DNA from: Octopus sinensis
Taxonomy: Eukaryota
Direction of reading: 5' to 3'
NCBI RefSeq assembly: GCF_006345805.1
Contig: NC_042997.1
Span: 143,716,001-143,780,000 of the forward strand
DNA: 64,000 bases
Part shown: positions 25,411-37,908 of the stretch, piece by piece
Layout of the letters: each line of letters opens with the position of its first letter
Position numbering within the stretch: position 1 is the first letter of the stretch
Position numbers and translations under genes: made by a program
Notes under the pieces: model-generated
Database searches by the model: none
Told to the model about the DNA's origin: nothing
The model's input: the letters and a program-made list of their open reading frames with translations, nothing else

Positions 25411-26027
25411 TGTGTGTGTGTGTCCTACTCTGGCTTAAAGATACTCAGGAATGCTGAAAGCCATTGCGTTCCTGATAGTTGCTGGAAACCTCTGATCAAC
25501 GACGGCATTGTTGTCATTTATTTGGCAATGTAATAAATAAATAAATAAATAAATAAATAAATGAATAAATAAATAAAGAGTGCAAAGCAAATAGATGCAT
25601 AACTAAATAAATAAAATGGATGTAAATAAATAAACAGGAAGTAGAAGATTTAAAGTATGAGACAGAAAGATATAGAGTAAGCGTAAGGATACATTATGAA
25701 TGTGTTCATGAGTACTAAAGGAGTGATCTTTTCAAAAGAGCAACGTAAGAAACAACGGGCTTCTAATATCACTATAAAACTTTAAAGGAATATTTTGATA
25801 TCATCAGTAATCAATGTCTAAATCATTTACATAAAACACGAAGATTAATTATGGCTTATTTTGAACGGATGAAGCATCGGATTAGTTTTCACATCTTTTC
25901 CAGAGTTGAGAAATCTGTTTTTTTTTTTTCCGTATTCATATATCTAAGCACATAAGCACATGTGTGCAGTGTGTGAATGTGTGCATTTGTGTGTGTATGT
26001 GTGCGTGCGTGCGTCAGTGTGTATTTC

Positions 26028-26072
<45 letters not shown>

Positions 26073-26080
26073 ATGTTTAT

Positions 26081-26117
<37 letters not shown>

Positions 26118-26197
26118 CACTATATATAGATTTGTATATATGTATATTTAATAATATGGCTATATATATATATATATATACATACATACACATACAT

Positions 26198-26240
<43 letters not shown>

Positions 26241-26273
26241 ATATATATTATATATACATATACATACATGCAT

Positions 26274-26308
<35 letters not shown>

Positions 26309-27329
26309 CATATATATATACACACGCATACACACATATACATATACATGTGCGATAAAACAGAATCCAAAGCGATTGGTGTTATTCTACGTCGATAAGA
26401 TTTGCGTTAATTAGTAAAATAGACAAAAAGAGTACAGTGAACTTGCCGTAAGATATTGGAATGTTTTGGGACTGCACGTGCTGGCAATCATTGGCAACTT
26501 GCCTACCGAACCAGACTACACATAAGCTTCATGTTTTGCTTACTCGAGTTCAATTAATTCACGAAGATTTGTAACGTTGCGTTAGAAGAGGAAGTGAAAC
26601 GTCCAAAGGTCTGTGGTTTTTAATGGGAAAGTGACCGAATGGAAAGTAAATTGAAGCGAACTCGGTCTTCATTTATGTGTGCTCCTTCTGGGTATAAACG
26701 CACAGACACACATCTAAGACGTTATGTTTGGTAAAGTGCAGCGTCCACAACTGAAAGTCAGAATATTACCATCTCAGCCTCTGAAGTCGGAAAGATTCAG
26801 AGAAGGCTTCTTGTAATGTATGTAAAATAAGTGGAATCTTTATAAAAATAAATAAAACATATATGCTTAATATGAGTTACAGATTTTCGCGTAAGGAATT
26901 TTATAGGAGTGGGATTAAGTCGATTAGATCGATCCCAGTGATCAATTGGTACTTAATTTATCGATCTCGAAAGGATGAAAGGAAGAGTCAACCTCGGAGG
27001 GATTTAAACTCAAAACATAAAAACGGACGAAATGCCGCTAAGCTTTTTTGTCCGGCGTGCTAACGATACTGCCGGCTCGCCGCCCTCTGTTAATGATAAT
27101 ATTGGTTTCAAATCTTCGTCAGTAATTTCTGAGGCGGGTTTAAGTCAATGACATCGACCCACGGTATTCAACTGGTACTTATTTAATGACTGTGAAAGGA
27201 GGAAAAGAAAAGTCGACCGGTGTAATTTGAACTCCGAACCGAAAGGCAGACAACGCGCCGCTAGGCATTTTGCCCGGTGTGCCTACGATTCTGACAACTC
27301 ACCACCTTGTGTATCCTTAATATTAATTA

Positions 27330-27870
27330 CAAGAGTTCTGAGTTCAAATTCCGCCGAGGCCGACTTTGCCTTTCATCTTTTCGGGGTCGATAAGTTAAGT
27401 AGCAATTGTGTACTGGGGTCGATGAAATCGACTGGCCCCACTCTCCAAAAATTTCGGGTCTTGTGCCTAAAGTGGAAAAGAATATTAATTACCAGATGTT
27501 CGTCTGTCTTTACGTTCTGGGTTCAAATTCCACCGAGGTCGACTTTGCCTTTCATCCTTTCGCGGTCGATAAATTAAGTACCAGTTGCGTACTGGGGTTC
27601 ATCTAATCGACTGGCCTCCTCCCCCAAAATTTCGGGCCTTGTGCCTAGAGTAGAAAAGAATATTAACCATAAGATAACGAAATGCTTAGTGCCATTTCTT
27701 CTGGCTTTACGTTCTGAGTTCAAATTTTGCTGACGTTGACTTTGCCTTTCAGTCTTTCGGGGCCAATAAAATAAGTATTAATCGAACCCTCGGATCGATG
27801 TATTCAACTCATCCCCCCACCCCATCAAAATGGCTAGCCGTACACCAAAGTCAAAGAATATTAATTAGAA
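27330..27870 (+). mobile_element. Three tandem 5'-truncated SINE family A units
   Basis: gttctgagttcaaattccgccgagg... body repeated at ~27335, ~27513 and ~27710. Confidence 0.8.
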
Positions 27871-28439
27871 GAGAACTTCTCTAGTCTTTCAACTTTTAGA
27901 CATCAACTACAGAGTCATTATTAAGATCGCATGGCAGATGTGACAGCATAGTTAAGGTCTCTTGATTAGAAAACCAGTCTTGATACATGGTCGACCTCAT
28001 AACATTCTTAATACAAGCTAAGACAGCGAAAGATCTTTGAACCACTGAAGTCATTACTGTTAAGCAGTAAACGACTGGAAGTGCTATAATTACATTTGGC
28101 CAGAGTAAGTCATGAAGCTGCTCATTAAGTTTGTTTAACAATTCAATTGATAGAACTTGTGTTGGAGAAATATATGATTTATTATTGATTTGAAAAGGAA
28201 TATTTCATCTTTCATGTCAATTGATATACCGATGATATTATAGAGATCACACATTAAATTACTTCTGTTTATTTTCTATTTCAGAGCAGTTCCAAATGCA
28301 TCTACATGAATGATTAAAAAATAGAAAAAAAAAAAGAAAAGAAAAAAAAAAGAGCCATGTTGAGTCGTCTTGAATGTCAGAAATGTCTTAATTCAGTATG
28401 GAGTAAAATACTTCTAAATTTATTCTTGGCGATAGTATA

Positions 28440-28442
28440 TAG

Positions 28443-28512
<70 letters not shown>

Positions 28513-28521
28513 GTAGGTAGG

Positions 28522-28559
<38 letters not shown>

Positions 28560-28630
28560 CATACATACATACATGCATACATACATACATAATACATACA
28601 TACATACATACATACATACATACATACATG
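28440..28630. repeat. Compound (GATA)n(CATA)n microsatellite
   Basis: Direct reading. Confidence 0.95.
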
Positions 28631-28949
28631 TATATTCCTATTCTTTACTCGTTTCAGTCATTTGACTGCGGCCATGCTGGAGCACTGTCTTGAAGGGCAT
28701 AGTTTTTTAAATCCTAGTTTTTTAAATCTTATTCTATCGGTCTCTTTTGCTGAACCACATAAACACACCAACATCGGTTGTCAAACGATGGTGGGGTTAC
28801 AAACACAGACACACAAATATATACATATATACGACAAGCTTCTTTCAGTTTCCGTCAACCAAATCCACTCACAAGGCTTTGGTCGGCCCGAGGCTATAGT
28901 AGAAGACACTTGCCCAAAGTGCCACGCAGTGAGGCTTTATACTTATATA

Positions 28950-29028
28950 TATGGATAAAAACAGTTTGATTCAAATTCCGTGTTACTTAAACTTTAAGTA
29001 ACACGGAATCAAACTGTTTTGATCCATA
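28950..29028. repeat. Near-perfect palindrome (~36-bp arms, 6-nt bulge)
   Basis: tatggataaaaacagtttga(ttcaaa)ttccgtgttacttaaa-c-tttaagtaacacggaatcaaactgttttgatccata. Confidence 0.9.
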
Positions 29029-29445
29029 CATAAAAGTGTTGAGTGCCCTTCTTTCATTTGTCCCCTCACTCGTATTTGCTTACCAACCACATGGTTCCGG
29101 TTTCAGTCTTACTGCGTGGCACTTTGGGTAAGTGTCTTCTACTATAGCCTCGGGCCGTCCAAAGCCTAGTGAGTGGATTTGCTTAACGGAAACTAAAAGA
29201 AACCTCTGAAATTAGACTGCAGATGCCTGACTAGCAACGGGAAGCGGCTGACCTCCCCTGTTTGAAGGTTATAATGGACACAGGTTCGTGTGTCACATAG
29301 CTAGCTAGAGGCAATGGCCTCTTGGAGCTAATCAACGGTGCATTCGTCCATATTTCTGGACTGCAATATTAGCTTGGCATTAACTATTAATATTAAACTA
29401 TGTGAAACGAAGACATTTCTCTTCCACTTTTCCACATACTTTCAA

Positions 29446-29492
<47 letters not shown>

Positions 29493-29731
29493 GTGTGTGT
29501 GTGTGGTGTGTGTGTGTGTGTGTGTAAGCTTGTGCGTCTGTGTTTGTCCACCAACATCGCTTGATAACCGATGCTGGTGCGTTTACGTCCCTGTAACTTA
29601 GTTATACCGATAGAATAAGTATTAGGCTTACGAAGAATATGTCCTGGGGTCGATTTGCTCGACTAAGGGGGTGCTCCAGCATGGCCGCAGTCAAATGACT
29701 GAAACAAGTAAAGAATAAAAGAATATATATA

Positions 29732-29783
<52 letters not shown>

Positions 29784-29819
29784 TAGGTGTATAGATGAAT
29801 GTATATTTTAGGTTCGCAT

Positions 29820-30160
29820 GTGTGTGTGTGTCTGTCTCTGTCTGTCTTTCTCTGTGTGTTTGTCTCTCTCTCAGTCTCTGTCTGTCTTCTCTCTGCCTCT
29901 TTCTCTCCCCTATCTCTCTCCCTCTCTCTGTCTCCCTCACTTTCTTTCTCTCTCTCCTCCTATCTCACTCTCTCCCTCTCTGTCTCCCTCTCCCTCTCGG
30001 TCTCTCTCTTTCTCTGTCTTTCTCTCTCCCTCTTTCTTTCTCTCTCCCTCTTTCTTTCTCTCTCCCTGTCTCCCCTCCCTCTGTCTTTCTCTCTGTCTGT
30101 CTGTCTGTCTCTGTCTTTGTCTCCCTGTTTCTGTCTGTTTGTCTGTCTGTCTCTCTCTAG
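29820..30160. repeat. (CT)n-rich polypyrimidine tract
   Basis: Direct reading; source of L/S-rich spurious ORFs. Confidence 0.9.
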
Positions 30161-31111
30161 ATTTATTTGCATCACTTCTTTTATCTTCATTATGGAACTT
30201 TTTCATTTTCTATCTCTTGGTAAATTCTGTCGGTTTCCAATATTTTCAGGAACAACTTTTAATTTCATTGAGAAAACCGTCTATTTTTTTCACACGTGTT
30301 TTGGGGTTCAGTGCCACCACCACGTGACATCTTTGGCAAGTATCTTTTACTATAGTCTTGGACTATATTTGGTAGCCAGTCATATATGTATGTATGTATG
30401 TATGTATGTCCGTGTTTGTCCCATCTCCATCACCTGACAACAGGTGTCGGTTTGTTTATGTCCCCGTAACTTAATTGATCAACAAAAGAGATCGATAGAA
30501 TAAGTATCAGACTTTGAAATATAAGTACTGGAGGTCGATCTGTTCGATTAAACCTTTCAAAGCGGTGCCCCAGCATGGCCGGAGTCCAATAACTTTCACT
30601 TTAATCATAGCATTCCTAAATCGAAGTCACAATTATGCTATAATATTTTACATGCAGCCTTTCCGTTTGAACAACTGGGTCGCAGGAGTTACGCGTGTAT
30701 GAAAAAATTACTGTAACGCAAAGAGACTATTCTCATTGATTTTCATGCTATAAACTGATAATGCATTCCGATGGATTTTTTCGTAAAAAAAAAATAACCC
30801 ATCATCCACACACAAAAAAAACCCTAAAAAAAAACAAGCAACCCGACCACATTTATGATTTTTTATGCATCCAAATATCAATTTCTAAATATAGAGTACA
30901 ATAAGTATAAATAAAAGCATTTGAAGTGAAATACATTACCGAATAAATACGAATTGTAATATTTTAGTAGGATACGTATACAAAAGCTGCTGAGTACGAT
31001 GTAAGGGATGGTGGTGATGGAATGACTGTTACTGGGTGGATGAATGGCACTATCTTCTATCTTGTAGTTCATCATCATCTGCTTCATAGGCGAAGAACTT
31101 ACCTAAAGTTG

Positions 31112-31359
31112 TGCATATATGCCATTTGAATATGGCTAACCCAAAAGGGTGGATGCTACTGTAGTTTGTAGCCCCAGGAAGACACCTCCTCCCGCTGGCT
31201 ATAGACATCCTCCCCCGGGGAGGATGACTCCCCTTCACAAATACTGACAGGACACATATAGTGTGTCTATAGCCAGCGGGAGGAGGTGTCTTCCTGGGGC
31301 TACAAACTACAGTAGCATCCATCCTTTTGGGTTAGCCATATTCAAATGGCATATATGCA
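31112..31359. mobile_element. Foldback/MITE with 96-bp inverted repeats (1 mismatch)
   Basis: Arms 31112-31207 and 31264-31359; 56-bp spacer with a hairpin catcctcccc-c-ggggaggatg overlapping the left arm end. Confidence 0.85.
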
Positions 31360-31850
31360 TCATGTTGTGTTACCGCTACTGTTTATAACTCGCTCTGAGA
31401 TTTATCATTACCTAAAGTTATTTGATGTTTAAGGTGCACGATCTCTTTATACAAAGACGTCTACTAACTGAAGTTTTTGAAACTCCTCTTAAAATGTTCG
31501 TTAGATATACATACGTCATACGTATCACTATTTTGGTTTGACTTCATTATTACAACCAACACGAGTCGTTGCCAGTACAAACTACCCGATATTGCATCCA
31601 TATATCCGTGTGTGCGCGTGTACGTATTTGCGTGCACGTGCAAGGTCTGGGTGTGTCGGGCGGGTGGGTTGTGCATATGTGAGCGTGGAGTTTTGTGCTT
31701 CTGTTTGTCTCTTACCACTGACGACCGGTGTTGGTTTGCGTACGTTCCTGCAACTTAGCAGTTTGGGGCTGGACGAACGCATTTTGAAACATGTATAAAA
31801 AACGAAATACACACACACACACACACACATGTGCACACATACATGCATGC

Positions 31851-31922
<72 letters not shown>

Positions 31923-32653
31923 ATCTATCTATCTTTATACTTCTTTTAGTCATTTGATTGTGGCCATTCTGGAGCACCGGTTTGAATGGTTTAGTCGAAC
32001 AAATCTCCTCCAGTTCTTAACTTTTAGGCTTGGTACTCATCCTACGGGTCTTTTTTATTGAATCGCTACTTACGGAAATGTAAACAAAACAAGCCGGTTG
32101 TCAAGCAGTGGTGGGAGACAAAGACAGCACAAATACGAAAAAACATCGACGCGCACACACATACACACACACACACACATACACGACGGGCTTCCTCACA
32201 GTTTTCTTCTACCAAATCCATTCACAAGGCATTGCTCTGCCCTTGTCTTTGTTGAAATAAACTTGGCCAAGGTGCCACGGTGTGAGGAGGAACACGAAAC
32301 CATTAGTTGCAAGCGAACATCTTAACGACACAGTCATGATGGCGCCCACACACACACGCGCGTGCGCGCTCACACACACACATGCACATACACACATGTA
32401 TATATGAATGCATGTATGTATATATATATATATATTATATATATATATATATACACATACGAGTACATACATACATGCATACGTACATACATACATACAT
32501 ATATACATACGCACACAGATATAGATACAGGTATATAAATATATCTTATATATACAGACATGCATAATAAATAATATATATGTATTTTATAGACGTACTT
32601 ATATATAAATATATATATATATATAATATATATATATGTACATTCTACCCCAC

Positions 32654-32693
<40 letters not shown>

Positions 32694-35561
32694 GAACAGG
32701 CCAGGCAAGTAAAGGTGAATGCACATATATTTGGTATATTTGTGCGCATAAAGCGAGCTATGCAAAAATGCAAGCAGGCATAAATAATTGCTTTCCTGAA
32801 TGCAATCCTAAGTTTGTTTTTGTTGAATGCCCATAATAATTTATAGCGGGGGAAACAAGACCAAGATAATAAGAAAGAATTGAAGAGAAACATTGCTGGT
32901 CGAATGTAACGATATGTTTGCTCATGTCGTGGATTCTGTTTAACGAGCCGTTAATGTATTATTACAGACATGAGCCAACGAGCGACGTTCTTACAGCTTG
33001 GGGGGTTATCATTCTCTAACTTATTCAGATATTTGAATGCAATATTTGTCGTCGAATCTCACTGTTTAATCGCAGCCATAGCACAATACTCGTAAAGCAA
33101 ATACACAACAACAGAGTAGACGGTGATATGATTCTAATGGGAAATAACTCAATGGTGAAGCAATGTGGATCGGTATTATATAATTGGACAACCGGAATAT
33201 TTCTATGAGCTGCGTCCTGGTTAATGTCGTTGCTATTATTTTATAGATACGTCCAGCTGTTGCAGTTTAGTATATTTCTCATTTATTATTTTCCCCAGAT
33301 CAATATAACAATCAGTGGTAATTATTTGTAATTTGGTATTGGAGGGGGGGGGGCTATTTACCAATTCTGCAATATTTTTCTATGGGGAAATTCTGTGTAT
33401 TCTTCCAATACAGCATGAGACTTTACTTGGTGAATCAGTGCTTGTCATACTGTCACCGATAACAACCATTCTCATTTCAAATAAAGCAAACGTCTTCTTA
33501 TCCGGCACTCAAAATACCGGAACTGCGAAGCAACTGGCACCGAGAACAAAATGTATTGTTAATTAGAGTCTAGAGAATTTGTGCTAATTTGTGTGAATTA
33601 ATTAATCGTCATTAAAAGAAAGAAAATTTGAACTGCATAGCTCGCTGCTTCTCAAAGTAATGTATAGTATTTTATTTTACTGCATTTACGGTACTTGTAT
33701 TCTTTTGAGGTTAATAAAACTTGTACTTTAATTATAATTTTAATTCTTCCAATTTCTCTCTCATTTCTACTACACTTAGAATATTAATGATAATCTTAGT
33801 ATCACATTTTGGTATAAGGCTGGCAGTTAAGTCGACTCCAGTGCTCAACTTGTACTTATTTTATCAACTCCGAAAGGTTGAAAGGTAAAGTCGACCTCAG
33901 CGGAATTCGAACTTAGAACATGCAGACAAACGAAATGTCGCTAAGCATTTTGCCCGGCGCAGTAACGATTCTGCCAGCACGCCGCCTTGTATTAATGATA
34001 AAATTGGTTTTCAAATTTTGGCACAAGGCCAGTAAGTTCGGGAAATGGGAAGTCGATTGCATTGACCCCAGTGCTCAACTGGTACGCATTTTATCGACCC
34101 CCAAAAAGACTAAAGGCTAAGTCGATCTTGGTGGAATTTGAACTCAGAACATGCAGACGGACGCAATGCATCTAGAGATTTTGCCCGGTGTGCCAACGAT
34201 TCTGCCAACATGCCGCCTTGTATTAATGATAATACTGATGTATCTTTTTATCTTTTATTTGTTTCAGCCATTAGACTGAGGCCATGCTGGGGCATCTTCT
34301 CGAAGAATGTTTTTTTTTAGTCGAGTGAATCGAACCCACTACTTATTTTTTAAAAGCCTAGTACTTGTTTTATCGGTCTCTTTTGCTGAATTGCTACCGT
34401 ACGGTGACGAAAACATACCAACACCGGTTGTCAACACACACACACATATGACGGCTTGTTTCAGCTTTTGTCCACCAAATCCATTCAGAAGGATTTAGTC
34501 GGCCCGAGGTTATAGTCGAAGACATACTTCAAGTGTCACGCAGTGGGACTGAACCCGGACCCATGTGGTTGGGAAGCAAACGTCTTACCACACAGCCGCG
34601 CCTATACAGAGTTTTAATGAATTTTGTAAAGATGCTTTAATGATTTAAAAAGTGATGATCAGATATCCGGAAAATTCAGTTATCCGGCAATATTCTGGAT
34701 CTAGAAGAGCTTACTGTAATGACAACATTAAATGTATAACATCTAGCTGTAGGAGCTTATTGTTCTTTCGTTAGGTTTTAGGGTTAATTTTGATTCTGCT
34801 CACAAAAGAGAACACAACGGCAATTCGGATCATCCATCCATTTAAAAGCAAGCTTCTTCCTATATTTCAGTGTCTCTTCTCTGGCCATTTAACACCGCTC
34901 CCGATCTCCTTCTATTATCCCTTCGCTTGTGATACCCTCAATTAAAAATGAGATGAGTGGATGTCCCTATCTGAGCAGGTGATAATTTTTCAGGTGGTGG
35001 TGAATGTGACATCAGAAAATTGAGGTATTTTACTGATACATCACCACCATCACTGCCGCCTCCGCCTCCGCCGACAACAACAACACCACTACCTTTACTA
35101 CCACCTCCACCTATACTATCACCACTACAACAAGATTACTACCACTTTTACCGCCATCACCAACCCCGCCAGCCTTACAGTTACCATGATTGCAGTCACT
35201 GCCACCACAGCCAACCCTAACATAATCCACCAACACTAGTACCACCAACATCAACAAGACCACCACCACCAATATTAACAACTCGAACAGCAACAACAAC
35301 AACAATGTATCAAGTAAAAGCTTTTGCGATCCTGATGTAAACTAAAATTGTGATTGTAATTAACTCACCATCCGGCATTAAATGTGTTTCCATTAATTGT
35401 ATGTTTATTTATATGTTTATTCTGATTATTGTCCACAGACTGTTTTCTTTTAAACGATTTGTTTAAAACACAAGCAAGACAAAAAAAAAAAGACTAGCAG
35501 ACAGTTACTAATTAGTACGGAACCGATATCGAAAATACTATGGAGATAAATGTTGACGTAT

Positions 35562-36372
35562 GATAATGGTTTCAAATTTTGGCACAAGGCCAGCAATTTC
35601 GGGAGTTGGGGTTAGTCGATTACATAGACTCCAGTGCTCAACTGGTACTTATTTTACCGACCCCGAAAGGATAAAAGATAAACGTCAACCACGGTGGAAT
35701 TTGAACTCAGAACGTAAAGACGGGCGAAATGTCGCTAAACATTTTGCCCGGCGTGCTTACGATTCTTTTCTACTCTAGGCACAAGGCCCGAAATTTTTGG
35801 AAAGGGGGCCAGTCGATTAGATCGACCCCAGTACACAACTGCTACTTAATTTATCGACCCCGAAAGTCATGAAAAGCAAAGTCGACCTCTGAAAAATTTG
35901 AACTCAGAACGTAAAGACAGACGAAATACCGATAAACATTTCACCCGATGTGCTAACGTTTCTTATTTCTTTATTGCCCACAAGGGGCTAAACATAGAGG
36001 AGACAAACAAGTACAGACAAAGGGATTAAGTTGATTACATCGACCCCAGTGCGTAACTGGTAATCGATCTCGAAAGGATGAAAGGCAAAGTCGACATCGG
36101 CGGAATTTGAACTCAGAACGTAGCGGCAGACGAAATACCTATTTCTTTACTACCCACAAGGGGCTAAACACAGAGAGGACAAACAAGGACAGACAAACGG
36201 ATTAAGTCTATTATATCGACCCCCAGTGCGTAACTGGCACTTATTTAATCGACCCCGAAAGGATGAAAGGCAAAGTCAACCTCGGCGGAATTTGAACTCA
36301 GAACGTAACGGCAGACGTAATGCCGCTAAGCATTTCCCCTGGCGTGCTAACATTTCTGCCAGCTTACCGCCT
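35562..36372 (-). mobile_element. Tandem array of about 4 SINE family A units
   Basis: Repeated minus-strand bodies; internal GGTATTT junction at 36133-36139. Confidence 0.85.
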
Positions 36373-37534
36373 TATGCTTAGCGATTCTGCCAGCTTAGCA
36401 TTCTAATGCTGACGTTTAATAATGCGTAAAATTTTTAACTGGGAATATCGTTGTCTTGGGGATCAATATTACTTGAAGATGATATAACCGCTGTATCACT
36501 GTGTTTGTGTTTCAAGTGGGGAAGAGAGTAGAAAAAAAATGAAGTGGAATCCAAAGCAAAAATTCTACATCAGTGTAAACAAACTCCATCACGTTCCAGC
36601 GAGTAAGTCTTGACGCGGTCACTCAATCTGTTAGAAATTGCAACCAAATCAAGCCTCGAATAAAACATTACTGTCATTTGAAGAGAAAGAGAGAAGGAGA
36701 AAGAGAAGAAAAGAGAAGAGAAGAGAAGTGAGAGAGAGAAAAGAATATATAGGATAATGAAGTCCTAGATACACGTTCTCAAATCTATTAAGAATAGCAA
36801 CCAAGTCAAGCCTCAGACAAAACTTTGCTGTCTTTTGAAGGGAAAAGAAGAAAGGGAGAGAGAGAAGTTGAGAGAGAGGGAGGGGGAGGGGGGAGGGGGA
36901 GGGAGGGAGAGAATGAGAGAGAACATATCAGGCAACGTTCTGAAAAAAAAAGAATGGGAAAGAATACAGCCGTAAGTGATGGTCTTGGCTGGAACGTCTT
37001 TAATCATTTGTCTAACCTATAAGCGCAGTAGCAATGGCGGCAACAACAGCTACGTGGAGGGGCAATGGCCCAGTAGTTAGGGCAGCGGACTCGCGGTCGT
37101 AAGAACGCGGTTTCTATTCCCAGACCGGGCATTGTGAGTGTTTATTGAGCAAAAACACCTAAGCTTCACGATGCTCCGGCAGGGGCGGGGGGTGTGAACC
37201 CCGCTGTACTCTTTCACCACAACTTTCTCTCACTCTTTCTTCCTACTTCTGCCACAAAGTAGAGGAACCATGGTGTAAACCACTATGGTGTGGTAAACTT
37301 TCAGACCCTAGTCGAGATTGCGAATCCTCTGTACCCCAGGATGGGTCAGCTCTCCACCCGTTAAAAGCCACCGTTTACGGAATGAGGATAACAACGTAGC
37401 TTTCGCGCCCGTGCAACCGCCAGTCTATCGCGTGTGGTGGGTGGATCTTCAAGTTGCCACAAGCACTCTTAGTAGCTCAGATTAGGCTCGAATGAGAGAT
37501 TATTCTTTGTGGCTAATGGCATGAGTCCTGATTG

Positions 37535-37613
37535 GAAGAAGAAGAAGAAGAAGAAGAAGAAGAAGAAGAAGAAGAAGAAGAAGAAGAAGAAGAAGAAGAA
37601 GAAGAAGAAGAAG
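37535..37613. repeat. (GAA)n microsatellite, possibly the tail of the unclassified element at ~37250-37534
   Basis: About 26 GAA units directly after a higher-GC block. Confidence 0.85.
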
Positions 37614-37863
37614 ACAACAGCTGTCCAATAAAAGCATTAAGACAACTACTTGGATTCGATTTATGAAATAAATAAGGAGACAGTTATTGAAACCTAACAC
37701 TTAAGACGCAGGTATGGCTGTGGTTAAGAAATTCGCTTCTGAATCATGTGGTTTTGAGTTCAGTCCCACTGCATGGCATCTTGGGCATGCTTGTGAGTGA
37801 AGAAGGTAAATGAAAATTGTGGAAGAGCCTGTCATGTGCATGTAAGTATGTGAGTGTGTGTGC

Positions 37864-37908
<45 letters not shown>

